From contig DASXEH010000036.1 of NCBI GenBank assembly GCA_036490215.1, positions 133,208 to 197,207 of the forward strand: a DNA stretch of 64,000 bases, written 5' to 3'. A model generated the notes under the pieces. That model was not told where the DNA came from. It worked only from the letters and a program-made list of their open reading frames with translations, and searched no databases. The DNA is from Magnetospirillaceae bacterium. GTDB lineage: Bacteria > Pseudomonadota > Alphaproteobacteria > Rhodospirillales > Magnetospirillaceae. Position numbers and translations under genes: made by a program. Shown here piece by piece: positions 1-9,054 of the stretch (position 1 is the first letter of the stretch; every line of letters begins with the position of its first letter).

Positions 1-2634
1 GAGCGCTTCGAGAAGCTTGGTGCGGGCCGCGATCCACTCGTCGCGGCGTTCGCGCTGCTCCTCGACCACTTCGAGCTTGGCCTTGGCGATGAAATCGGGG
101 TTGTCGAGCTTGCGATCGACCTTGTCGATCTCACCCTCGAGCCGCTTGATCTCCTTGTTCAGCCGCGCCTTTTCTTGGCCGAGATCGATCACGTCGGCGA
201 GATGGAGATAACCTGTCGCCTCGCCGATTACGATCTGGATCGCACCCTTGCTATGGACGGCACCGTCGCCATCCACGGCCTCGATGATCGAGAGCCGCGC
301 GAGGCGGCGGATCAGCGCGTCATGGCGCTTCAGCCACTCCTTGGTACGTGGAGACGTATGCGCCAGACGCAGCGGTGCCTCGATCGATGGCGCCACGTTC
401 ATCTCGGCGCGCACGACGCGGATACCGGTAATCGTCGCCACCAGCCAATCCATCTCTTCCTGGGCCGCGGCGTCTGCAAAGGTGATGGTCGGCCAGGCAC
501 GCGTCATCAGCAGACCCGTCTCGCCGAGTTGCTTCCACAACTCCTCGGTGATGAAGGGCATGACTGGATGCAGCAGATGCACGATCTGACGCAGCGCCCA
601 GGCCGCGGTAGCGCGCGTCTCGGCCCGCGCCGCCGGATCGACACCCTCGCCTTGCAGAATCGGCTTGGCAAATTCCAGATACCAATCGCAGAAGGTGTTC
701 CAGACCAGCGTGTAGAGCACGGTGGCGGCGTCATTGAAGCGATAGGCCTCGATCGCCTTGGCGGCATCAACCGCACCCGCCGCAATCTTCGAGACGATCC
801 AGCGATTGACGGTCTCTTTCGCCGTAAACGGATCGAATCCGGCCACCGGCAAGCATTCGTTCATCTCGCAGAATCGCGCCGCGTTCCAGATCTTGGTGGC
901 GAAGTTGCGATACCCTTCGATGCGGCTCTCGGCCAGTTTGATGTCGCGCCCCTGGGCGGCGAGCGCCGTCAAGGTGAAGCGCACCGCGTCGCAGCCGAAC
1001 TTGTCGATCAGCACCAGCGGGTCGAGGACATTGCCCTTCGATTTTGACATCTTCTGGCCGCGCTCGTCGCGCACCAGGGCGTGGATATAGACCTCGCGGA
1101 ACGGCACATCGTCCATGAAGGCGTGGCCCATCATCATCATCCGGGCGACCCAGAAGAAGATGATGTCGAAGCCCGTCACAAGCACGTCGCCGGGATAGTA
1201 GCGCTTCAAGGCCGGTGTCTCTTCAGGCCAGCCGATGGTCGAGAACGGCCACAGCGCCGACGAGAACCACGTGTCGAGCACGTCCTGGTCCTGGGTCAGC
1301 GCGACGGGCTTTCCGTAATGCTTGGTCGCCATCGCCTGTGCTTCGGCCTCGTCATAGGCGACGAAGAACTGACCGTCGGGCCCATACCAGGCGGGAATCT
1401 GATGGCCCCACCAGATCTGGCGCGACACGCACCACGGCTGGATGTTGCGCATCCACTCGAAGAACGTGTTCTCCCAATGCTTGGGCACGAATTTCGTGCG
1501 CCCCTGCTCCACCGCCTCGATAGCCGGCTTGGCGAGCGTCGCAGCGTCGGCAAACCATTGATCGGTCAGCCAGGGCTCGATCACCACGCCCGATCGGTCG
1601 CCATAGGGCTGCATCAGCGTGTGCGGCTCGATCTTCTCGAGCAGGCCCAGCTCTTCGAACTGTGCCACCACGCGCTTACGCGCTTCGAACCGGTCGAGGC
1701 CGCGATAGGCCTCGGGCGCGTTCTCGTTCAGATGTGCATTGCGGTCGAAGATATTGATCATCGGCAGTTTGTGACGCTGGCCGACGGCGAAGTCGTTGAA
1801 GTCGTGCGCGGGCGTGATCTTCACCGCGCCGCTGCCCTTGGCCGGGTCGGAATATTCGTCGGCGACGATCGGAATCAGGCGGTCGACGATCGGCAGGCGC
1901 ACCATCTTGCCGACGAGATCCTTGAAGCGATCATCATCGGGATGCACAGCCACGGCGGTATCGCCCAGCATCGTTTCGGGGCGCGTGGTGGCCACGGTGA
2001 TGAAACGGCCCTCTTCGCCCTCGACCGGATAGCGGAAATACCAGAGGCTGCCCTTGGTCTCCTGCTGTTCGACTTCGAGGTCGGAAATCGCGGTGTGCAG
2101 CTTTGGGTCCCAGTTCACCAACCGCTTATCGCGATAGATGATGCCGCGGCGATGAAGCTCGACGAACACCTTGCGGACGGCCTTCGACAAGCCCTCGTCC
2201 ATGGTGAAGCGCTCGCGCGCCCAATCGGGCGAAGCGCCGAGGCGGCGCAACTGGGTGGTGATCGTGCCACCCGATTCCTTCTTCCATTCCCAGACGCGCT
2301 CGATGAATTTCTCGCGGCCCAGCTTATGGCGATTGGATTGTTCCTGCTCGAGCTGACGCTCGACCACCATCTGCGTTGCGATGCCGGCATGATCGGTGCC
2401 GGGCTGCCACAGCGCGTCGCGCCCGGCCATCCGGTGATAGCGGATCAGAATGTCCTGCAGCGTGAAGGTCAGCGCGTGGCCCATATGCAGGCTGCCGGTG
2501 ACGTTCGGCGGCGGCATCATGATCACGTAGGGGCGCGCACTCGAATCCTCATGCGCCGCGAAGGCACCCGAGCTTTCCCATTCTTGATAAATTCGGCCTT
2601 CGACATCGCCGGGCCGGTAGGTTTTTTCCAGCAT
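1..2634 (-). CDS. valS: valine--tRNA ligase (C-terminus truncated by the window edge)
   Basis: Absent from the ORF track because the ORF runs off the window. The reverse complement from ATG 2634-2632 reads MLEKTYRPGDVEGRIYQEWESSGAF... It contains the class-I HIGH-type motif (PPNVTGSLHMGHA, about 2470-2510), KMSKS (GQKMSKSKGN, about 1035-1065) and a C-terminal coiled coil. The + strand ORFs 175-1047 and 1081-2658 are antisense artefacts. Confidence 0.95.
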   Translation of the reverse strand, partial: MLEKTYRPGDVEGRIYQEWESSGAFAAHEDSSARPYVIMMPPPNVTGSLHMGHALTFTLQDILIRYHRMAGRDALWQPGTDHAGIATQMVVERQLEQEQSNRHKLGREKFIERVWEWKKESGGTITTQLRRLGASPDWARERFTMDEGLSKAVRKVFVELHRRGIIYRDKRLVNWDPKLHTAISDLEVEQQETKGSLWYFRYPVEGEEGRFITVATTRPETMLGDTAVAVHPDDDRFKDLVGKMVRLPIVDRLIPIVADEYSDPAKGSGAVKITPAHDFNDFAVGQRHKLPMINIFDRNAHLNENAPEAYRGLDRFEARKRVVAQFEELGLLEKIEPHTLMQPYGDRSGVVIEPWLTDQWFADAATLAKPAIEAVEQGRTKFVPKHWENTFFEWMRNIQPWCVSRQIWWGHQIPAWYGPDGQFFVAYDEAEAQAMATKHYGKPVALTQDQDVLDTWFSSALWPFSTIGWPEETPALKRYYPGDVLVTGFDIIFFWVARMMMMGHAFMDDVPFREVYIHALVRDERGQKMSKSKGNVLDPLVLIDKFGCDAVRFTLTALAAQGRDIKLAESRIEGYRNFATKIWNAARFCEMNECLPVAGFDPFTAKETVNRWIVSKIAAGAVDAAKAIEAYRFNDAATVLYTLVWNTFCDWYLEFAKPILQGEGVDPAARAETRATAAWALRQIVHLLHPVMPFITEELWKQLGETGLLMTRAWPTITFADAAAQEEMDWLVATITGIRVVRAEMNVAPSIEAPLRLAHTSPRTKEWLKRHDALIRRLARLSIIEAVDGDGAVHSKGAIQIVIGEATGYLHLADVIDLGQEKARLNKEIKRLEGEIDKVDRKLDNPDFIAKAKLEVVEEQRERRDEWIAARTKLLEAL

Positions 2635-2732
2635 CCGGGTGCTGCTCCGCGTCTTTGAGTCACAAAACAAAAGGGCCGTTGGGCGCCATATCTAGCGCCC
2701 CACGGCCCCTTTGGGAAGGACGCTGCGCCGAC

Positions 2733-3557
2733 TTAATCGGAGTTGGCGACCAACTTCTGAATTTCGCGGCGAGCGATCTTGTCGACCATCGGCGGCAGAT
2801 GCTGATTGAGCCAGTCGCGCAGCAGATCGTCGAGGATCTCGCGGCACAGCTGTTCGATCGTGATGCCACCATTGCCCAGCGCGAGATTGCGGTCGCTCGC
2901 CATGGACTGGGTCCGCTGCGCCACCGCGCGCTTCAGCTGAGCGAGAGCCGAACTATTGCCCATGCCGCCCCCCATGCCTGCATCAGCCAATTCCAGATCG
3001 TCGTCGGCCAGCATGTCGGGCGTCAGAACCAGAACGCCGTCGTCGTCCTCGTCGTTACGCTTGCTGCGACGGGGCTCTTCCGGAGACCAGCCTTTGTTGG
3101 CGCCGACGACCGGACGGTCATGCCATTCTTCTTCACGGCCGCCGGGCGCTTCGACCGGCTTGTCGTGCCACTCTTCCTGAGCCGCGCCAGGTCCTTCGAC
3201 CGGTTTATCGTGCCATTCCTTAGCCGCGGCACCGGGCCCATCGACGGGCTTTTCCTGCCACTGCTCCTTGGCGACGCCAGGTGCCTCGATCGGCTTCTCA
3301 TGCCATTCCTTGGCCTGGCCGCCGGGACCATCGTCCTTCTTGCCGCCGCCCCATTCCTTGGCGGCTGCGCCTGGCGCTTCGTCCTTCTTGCCGCCACCCC
3401 ATTCCTTGACCGCCGGCGCAGGCGCCGGTGCGGCAGCAGGTTCAGGCGCTGGAGCAGCCGCTGCCGGCTGCTCCGCCGTCTCTTCCTCAGACAGAATGCG
3501 TCGGATGGAGGCGAGGATGTCCTCCATTGATGGTTCTTGGGCGCCTGCTTCAGCCAT
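2733..3557 (-). CDS. popZ: PopZ-like polar organizing protein (DUF2497 family)
   Basis: N-terminal MEDILASIRRILSEEE motif, a Pro/Ala/Glu-rich low-complexity middle, and a conserved C-terminal helical block (ILDDLLRDWLNQHLPPMVDKIARREIQKL). It lies between valS and tolC, as in many alphaproteobacteria. Confidence 0.8.
   Translation of the reverse strand: MAEAGAQEPSMEDILASIRRILSEEETAEQPAAAAPAPEPAAAPAPAPAVKEWGGGKKDEAPGAAAKEWGGGKKDDGPGGQAKEWHEKPIEAPGVAKEQWQEKPVDGPGAAAKEWHDKPVEGPGAAQEEWHDKPVEAPGGREEEWHDRPVVGANKGWSPEEPRRSKRNDEDDDGVLVLTPDMLADDDLELADAGMGGGMGNSSALAQLKRAVAQRTQSMASDRNLALGNGGITIEQLCREILDDLLRDWLNQHLPPMVDKIARREIQKLVANSD
3087..3407 (-). repeat. seven degenerate in-frame tandem repeats (14-17 codons each) inside the popZ-like linker
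   Basis: Read from the translation: KEWGGGKKDEAPGAAA / KEWGGGKKDDGPGGQA / KEWHEKPIEAPGVA / KEQWQEKPVDGPGAAA / KEWHDKPVEGPGAAQ / EEWHDKPVEAPGGRE / EEWHDRPVVGANKGW. Confidence 0.8.
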
Positions 3558-3629
3558 GTGTCACCAATTGCTTCGGTGCAACCGCAGCAACGCGCGACAC
3601 TGGCCCCATTCCAGATACACGCGTAGCGG

Positions 3630-5015
3630 TCACTTGATCTCCCCATATGAGGGCGAAACGCCGGTGCCGATCCACTTGTCGGTCACCTCGTTGTAGTTCG
3701 CCTTCGGATCGTAAATCGGCACGGACAGATGCAGCGCCTGGGCGGTCAACTGACCGACCTGGCTCTTCACCTGATAGGCCGCCACGACCGCGTCGTGACG
3801 CGCCTCTTCGAGATTCACGCGAGCGGTGAGCAGGTCCTGCTCGGTCGTCAACACGTCGAGCACGGTCCGCGAGCCCACCAGCGATTCGCGCTGCATGCCT
3901 TCGAGGGCAACGCGCGACGCCTTCACTTGGTCTTCCAGCGACTGCACGCGAGCGCGCGCCGACTGCAGATTTTCCCAAGCCTGGGTGGTCGCTTCGACAG
4001 TCTCACGCAGCGTCTCGTCGTATTGCAGCTTCTGCTGGCCGACAGTGTGCTTTTCCTGGCGGATCGCAGCGTATTCGGCGCCCTGCTGATAGAGCGGAAT
4101 CGAGACATTGACCAGGGCCGTACCCACGGTAACGCCCGAACCGGTATAGCTCTCTTCGAGCGTGCGGCCGTAGCTGCCTTCGAGCGTCACGGTCGGCAGC
4201 AACGCGCCTTCGGCAAGGTCCACACCCTTGACCGCAGCGTCGTAATTGTACTTCTGCGCCAGAACGGACGGATTGGATTCGGCGCCGGAACGGGCGGCAT
4301 CGCTGGTCGCCGGAAGATCGGCCGGCGTCGGCACGGATTCGAGGCCTTTCGGGAGATGACCGACAAGACGCTCGTAATTGGCGATCGCATCCTGCAGCAC
4401 GCCCTCGGCGGCACGGCGCGACGCATGAGCGCCCGACACGGCCGCTTCGGCCTGCGACGTATCGGTCCGCGTCACTTCGCCCACGCGGAAGCGGTCGTTG
4501 GTGGCATCGAGCTGACGCTGCAGAACCTGTTCGTTGTTCTTGTTGAGGTCGACGACCGCCTGGTCCTGGATCACGTCCAGATAAGCCGTCACGGCCCCCA
4601 GCAGAACCGCCTGCTCGGTTGCCGCCAACTGCTGCCGGCCCGCATTGACCTGCGCTTCGGCTTGGGAAATCTGTGCGTCGGTACGGCCGCCGCGATACAG
4701 CGGCTCTGCAATATCGAGGGCGGCATCGCGCGCGAACAAGGTCTCGTTGCGCGAAAGCGGCGCCGGAATCGTATTGGCGCCGAGTTGTTCGACGCCGATA
4801 TCGCCGACCACTTTGACGGTCGGACGCCAATTGGCCTTGGCTTCAGGAACGAGCTCGTCCGTCGCGCGCAATTGTGCGCGCTGCGCTTGCAGAGCCGGGT
4901 TACCTGAATAAGCCGCGACCAAGGCTTCCTCCAAGGTTTCGGCGCGCAAAGACGGGGCAAATACCAAGAAGGTAGTGGCCATGAGGCCCGCATAAAGGGA
5001 TGTTCTGACGTACAT
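3630..5015 (-). CDS. tolC: TolC-family outer membrane efflux/type I secretion protein
   Basis: 461 aa. Signal peptide MYVRTSLYAGLMATTFLVFAPSLRA, then LEEALVAAYSGNPALQAQRAQLRA and the duplicated OEP repeat architecture typical of TolC. Confidence 0.9.
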   Translation of the reverse strand: MYVRTSLYAGLMATTFLVFAPSLRAETLEEALVAAYSGNPALQAQRAQLRATDELVPEAKANWRPTVKVVGDIGVEQLGANTIPAPLSRNETLFARDAALDIAEPLYRGGRTDAQISQAEAQVNAGRQQLAATEQAVLLGAVTAYLDVIQDQAVVDLNKNNEQVLQRQLDATNDRFRVGEVTRTDTSQAEAAVSGAHASRRAAEGVLQDAIANYERLVGHLPKGLESVPTPADLPATSDAARSGAESNPSVLAQKYNYDAAVKGVDLAEGALLPTVTLEGSYGRTLEESYTGSGVTVGTALVNVSIPLYQQGAEYAAIRQEKHTVGQQKLQYDETLRETVEATTQAWENLQSARARVQSLEDQVKASRVALEGMQRESLVGSRTVLDVLTTEQDLLTARVNLEEARHDAVVAAYQVKSQVGQLTAQALHLSVPIYDPKANYNEVTDKWIGTGVSPSYGEIK

Positions 5016-5238
5016 TTTTCACCCGAAAGATCAGAGACAACCCACCCAAATGGGCCCGATTCAACCCTTTCCCATCCACGGCGCTACGATATCCGTGGAT
5101 GTAGAAATATCAAGAGATTTACAAGATTTCCTTAAGACGGCAAATGCCGAGAAATCCAAGGGTTTCCGGCAGTTGGCGGCCGTCTTTGCGTGATTTTGCC
5201 GCCGATTGTAAACGGCGCCGGTAATTCTAAGGGCAGTC

Positions 5239-5931
5239 TTAGAAAACGAAACCGGGCTTACGGGCGAAATCGGACAACATTGTCCCCGAGGCGTCGAAAA
5301 GCTGCCGCGTCGAGAATGTATCGCCCACCCGCAACGTCAAACTGGCCACCCCAACGGAACCGGACTTCTTGGTGATGGCCAGCAAACGGCCGCGATCGGC
5401 AAGCTGCGCAGCCAGCGCGTCAGGCACTTCGGCCACCGAACCTTCGATGATGATCACGTCATAAGGACCATGGGCCTTGTCGCCCGCGGACAGCGGCCCT
5501 TCGACCACGGCGACGTTATCATCGCCCTGCTCCGCCAGCAGCGCGGTTGCGCGCGCAGCCAGAGCCTTATCGCTTTCGAGAGCGACGACGGTCGACGCCA
5601 ATTTCGACAGAACCGCCGCGGAATAGCCTGTGCCGCAAGCGATATCGAGCACGACCTCATGAGGCTGAATCGCGGCGTTCTGCAGCAGGCGCGCGAACAC
5701 CATCGGCTCCAGCATCCGCCGGCCGCCGCCAACATCGATATCGCCATCCAGATAGGCGACGCTCTTGAAAACCTCGGGAACGAAGGCTTCGCGCGGCACG
5801 GCCTCGAGTGCATCGAGCACGCGGGCATCCGTCACTCTGTTGGTGCGGACCTGGTTCTCCACCATGTTATGGCGAGCGACGCTGAAATCCATCCGCAACC
5901 TCCCGAAATCCCCTGCCCCGGCCCCCGACAC
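5239..5931 (-). CDS. pcm: protein-L-isoaspartate O-methyltransferase
   Basis: SAM-binding motif VLDIACGTGYSAAVLSKLA and a PCMT-like N-terminus (NMVENQVRTNRVTDARVLDALEAVPREAFVP). The start could instead be the ATG at 5892 (MDFSVARHNM...). Confidence 0.9.
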   Translation of the reverse strand: MSGAGAGDFGRLRMDFSVARHNMVENQVRTNRVTDARVLDALEAVPREAFVPEVFKSVAYLDGDIDVGGGRRMLEPMVFARLLQNAAIQPHEVVLDIACGTGYSAAVLSKLASTVVALESDKALAARATALLAEQGDDNVAVVEGPLSAGDKAHGPYDVIIIEGSVAEVPDALAAQLADRGRLLAITKKSGSVGVASLTLRVGDTFSTRQLFDASGTMLSDFARKPGFVF

Positions 5932-5973
5932 CCCGGGCCGTCAGGACCCGGTTATACAAGCCGGGCTTTACCC

Positions 5974-6837
5974 TTACAACTGGGTGATCGTCCCATAGGT
6001 ATCCGGACGCCGGTCGCGGAAGAACTGCCAGAGATTGCGAACTTCCTTGACCATGTCCCAATCCATATCGGCGGTGATCAACTCGTCCTTGTCTTCGCTG
6101 GCCTTGACGATGATCTTGCCGCGCGGATTGACAATATAGGAGCTGCCGTAGAAGCGCCCGATATTCCAGGGCGCCTCGGTGCCGACGCGGTTGACCGCGC
6201 CGATATAACAGCCATTGGCGACAGCACTGGCCGGCTGTTCCAATTCCCACAAGTATTGCGACAGACCGGCGACTGTGGCCGACGGGTTGACGATATATTC
6301 CGCGCCGTTAAGCGCCAGCGCCCGCCAACCTTCCGGGAAGTGGCGGTCGTAGCAGATATAGACGCCCAGTTTGCAATAGGTGGTCTGGAACACCGGGAAT
6401 CCCGACGAGCCCGGCTTGAAGAAGAACTTCTCCCAGAAACCGGCAACCTGCGGAATATGCGTCTTGCGGTACTTGCCGAGGAATTTGCCATCGGCATCGA
6501 TCACGGCGGCGGTGTTGTAATAGACGCCGGTGATGTCCTCCTCGTAAATCGGAACGACGATCACCATCGAATGCTTCTTGGCCAACTCCTGCATCAGCTT
6601 GGTGGTCGGGCCATCGGGAATGCGCTCGGCCGCGCCATACCATTTCGAATCCTGGCTCGGGCAGAAATAGGGTTGGTTGAACACCTCTTGCAGGCAGAGC
6701 ACCTGCACCTTCTTCCTGCCGGCCTCTTCGATCAGCGGCAGATGCGCGTCGTTCATCTTGTCGCGAATTTGCTCGGGCGACATCGAGGTGTCACCCTTCA
6801 GCGCCATCTGAATCAACCCGCCGCGCACGATCGTCAT
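5974..6837 (-). CDS. carbon-nitrogen hydrolase (nitrilase superfamily, beta-ureidopropionase/N-carbamoyl-amidase-like)
   Basis: 287 aa with candidate Glu-Lys-Cys triad contexts: LCLQEVF, KYRKTHIP and GVYICYDRHFPE. Confidence 0.85.
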   Translation of the reverse strand: MTIVRGGLIQMALKGDTSMSPEQIRDKMNDAHLPLIEEAGRKKVQVLCLQEVFNQPYFCPSQDSKWYGAAERIPDGPTTKLMQELAKKHSMVIVVPIYEEDITGVYYNTAAVIDADGKFLGKYRKTHIPQVAGFWEKFFFKPGSSGFPVFQTTYCKLGVYICYDRHFPEGWRALALNGAEYIVNPSATVAGLSQYLWELEQPASAVANGCYIGAVNRVGTEAPWNIGRFYGSSYIVNPRGKIIVKASEDKDELITADMDWDMVKEVRNLWQFFRDRRPDTYGTITQL

Positions 6838-6927
6838 GGCCTATCTCCCTGCAATCACCGCAGCATGTTCGCGCTCTAGACAGGGCACGTCAAATGCGAT
6901 GTCCGACCGCGCAGGCTTAATTGGCCT

Positions 6928-7043
6928 GTCATTGCGAGAAGCCCCCGGGTCTCGCCATAGGCGAGCCCGAGGACAGGCTCCGCGACGAAGCAATCCACAA
7001 CCGTCTTGAAACGATGGATTGCTTCGCTATCGCTCGCAATGAC
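6928..7043. repeat. family-A palindromic REP/MITE-like element (copy A1, long variant)
   Basis: GTCATTGCGAGaa...GACGAAGCAATCCAC...GGATTGCTTCGCTATCGCTCGCAATGAC with an extra internal hairpin (gggtctcgcc-ata-ggcgagccc). Intergenic. The track ORF 6876-7064 is just its translation. Confidence 0.85.
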
Positions 7044-7060
7044 GCTTTGAACTTGAGCAA

Positions 7061-8281
7061 TCACGCTTTAAGCGTCCGCAGATCGAAGGACGGATCGGCG
7101 GCCTGGGCCGGCCTGAGCGGCACACCGGTCGCGATCAGTTTGCGCGCGGCCATGTGGTCGATAGGGGCATTGAGCGAATCGACGCCGGTCAGCGTGCCGT
7201 CGCGGAAATAGAAGGCCGAGAATTTGCGTGCCGCTATGTCGCCGCGGATCGCATGTTCGGTGTGGCCCATCGACGTGCCGACCATCTGCAACTTTACGTC
7301 GTACTGGTCCGACCAGAACCAGGGCACCACATCGTAGAGCACCTGCTTGCCTACCAGCGACGCCGCCGCGCTCCGCGCCTGATCGGTGGCGTTCTGCACG
7401 GATTCGAGCCGGCAGCGCCCGCCTAAATAACGATTGGGATGATTGGCGCAATCGCCCGCCGCAACAATCGCCGGGTCCGAAGTGCGCGCGAATTCATCGA
7501 CGACAATGCCATTGTCGCAAGCAAGGCCGCAGTCTTGCGCCAGTTCGATATTCGGCACCACGCCAACGCCGACCACCACCAGATCGGCCGGCAGGATCGA
7601 GCCATCGGTGCGCACGACGCCGGTCACGCGCCCGTTCTCGCCGATGAGTTCCGTCACGCCGGCATTGCAAAGCACATCCACCCCGTGATCCGCATGCAGC
7701 TTCATATAGAAGTCGGAGATCAGCGGCGGGACGACGCGCGGCATTAGCCGTTCGCGCGCTTCCAGCACCGTCACCTGCTTGCCGAGCTTCTTCAACGACG
7801 CCGCGCATTCGAGCCCGATGAACCCGCCGCCGACGATCACCGCGGTCTTGGTCTGATCGAGATGCGCGCGAATACCGCGCACATCATCGATCGTGCGCAG
7901 CATGAACACACCGGCCAGGTTCTCGCCCGGCACGCCGAGTTGCCGCGGCCGCGCCCCGGTGGCGAAGGCGAGGCCAGTGTAGACAATCGCATCACCATCG
8001 TCGGTGCGGACGGTCTTTGCGGCACGGTCAACTGCAGCCACGCGACGACCCAGCTTCACCTCGATCCCGCGTTCAGTGAAGAACGAGGCGTCGCGAATGG
8101 GCAGACGGTCGTCATCCATCGTGCCGGCGAGGTAGTCCTTGGAAAGTGGCGGCCGGTGATAGGGCAGCGTCCGTTCATCGCCAATAAGGACAATACTGCC
8201 AGCCCATTTCTCGCGATGCAGCGCGTCCGCCAGCGCCGCGCCGGTATGGGAAGCGCCGACGATAACGATCGGCGCGGGCAT
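7061..8281 (-). CDS. FAD-dependent ferredoxin--NAD(P)+ reductase (putidaredoxin/rubredoxin-reductase family)
   Basis: 406 aa. Dinucleotide folds IVIVGASHTGAA and AVIVGGGFIGLECA, plus the PYHRPPLSKDYL motif. Its ATG overlaps the stop of the upstream ferredoxin gene by 1 nt (TAATG). Confidence 0.9.
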   Translation of the reverse strand: MPAPIVIVGASHTGAALADALHREKWAGSIVLIGDERTLPYHRPPLSKDYLAGTMDDDRLPIRDASFFTERGIEVKLGRRVAAVDRAAKTVRTDDGDAIVYTGLAFATGARPRQLGVPGENLAGVFMLRTIDDVRGIRAHLDQTKTAVIVGGGFIGLECAASLKKLGKQVTVLEARERLMPRVVPPLISDFYMKLHADHGVDVLCNAGVTELIGENGRVTGVVRTDGSILPADLVVVGVGVVPNIELAQDCGLACDNGIVVDEFARTSDPAIVAAGDCANHPNRYLGGRCRLESVQNATDQARSAAASLVGKQVLYDVVPWFWSDQYDVKLQMVGTSMGHTEHAIRGDIAARKFSAFYFRDGTLTGVDSLNAPIDHMAARKLIATGVPLRPAQAADPSFDLRTLKA

Positions 8282-8604
8282 TAATACTGGCGATCGGGAA
8301 TGTGCAGAACGATTCCGGCGATCTTGTCGCTGGCGCGGATCTGGCAGCTCAGGCGGCTGGTGGGCTTGCGCTCGGCGGCGGCGCTTTCGAGCATGGCACG
8401 CTCGATATCGTCGGGCGGCGGCAGCTTGGCATAGGTCGCGTCATCGACATAGACATGGCAGGTGGCGCAGCTGCAGGTGCCGCCGCATTCCGCGACGATA
8501 CCCTCGACGCCGTTGCGCACCGCGCCTTCCATGATGCTCCAGCCTTCCTTGACCTCGATCTCGCGGTTGGTCCCTGATGGCTCGATATAGACGACTTTGA
8601 CCAT
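8281..8604 (-). CDS. 2Fe-2S ferredoxin (adrenodoxin/putidaredoxin type)
   Basis: 107 aa. Cys cluster AECGGTCSCATCHV plus a distal Cys (RLSCQI). Confidence 0.9.
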   Translation of the reverse strand: MVKVVYIEPSGTNREIEVKEGWSIMEGAVRNGVEGIVAECGGTCSCATCHVYVDDATYAKLPPPDDIERAMLESAAAERKPTSRLSCQIRASDKIAGIVLHIPDRQY

Positions 8605-9054
8605 GCGCCCCTGCGTCCTTTCGCTTTGGCCGCCGGACCGTTCCGTCTCAGGCGGCGGCAGGCAAAGTAGACGCGCCGCCGATTGGACTCAACCCGCATT
8701 TCGATCCACGCAGACCGGCGCCGGTAGCGATACTTATAGCGCCGTCGCCTAATCTTATGAGCTTGGCCCAGGCCGCAATGCTAAGAGAGCCGGGCTTTCA
8801 ACGAGACCGTCATCGTGTCAGGAGATGCACCCGAACGCGTCGCTTAGCGCACCGGTTGCAGCGCTTGCCGATGAACGGCTGCCGGACATACCCAGGCACC
8901 CGAAGCCCCCAAAAGACGGCAAGGAAGATCGCGAAAGCGTCGTTTCAGGTGTTGAGCCAATCAGTTAGTTGGATACAATACCGATAACACCATTTAGTCG
9001 CGGTGGCTCGAACCGCCGCGGCATCGGCAATCGACTCGCATCCCGGAGGAAACC

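Noticed and set aside
175-2658. Long + strand ORFs (175-1047, 1081-2658) covering the first 2.6 kb.
   Set aside because: They are antisense to a clear valS reading frame that carries HIGH and KMSKS motifs. Their Arg/His/Gly-rich, motif-free composition is typical of high-GC antisense artefacts.
5073-5101. 9-bp stem hairpin (catccacgg...ccgtggatg) between pcm and tolC.
   Set aside because: It has no U-tract on the transcribed (minus) strand and an 11-nt loop. That is insufficient to call it a terminator or a regulatory element.
5470-6879. 469-aa + strand ORF.
   Set aside because: It is antisense to pcm and the carbon-nitrogen hydrolase gene. It has no recognisable domain, and its Arg/His/Gly-rich, motif-free composition is typical of a shadow ORF.
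6876-7064. 62-aa minus-strand ORF between the hydrolase and the ferredoxin reductase.
   Set aside because: It is encoded entirely by palindromic repeat copy A1. Peptides of the ...EPVLGLAYGETRGLLAMT... type are the usual pseudo-translation of these elements.
8605-9054. A 450-bp intergenic region upstream of the Liv-type ABC operon, examined for a riboswitch, sRNA or tRNA.
   Set aside because: I found no motif I could recognise. The only feature is a short imperfect hairpin near 9001-9025 without a U-tract, and the small ORFs there have implausible composition.
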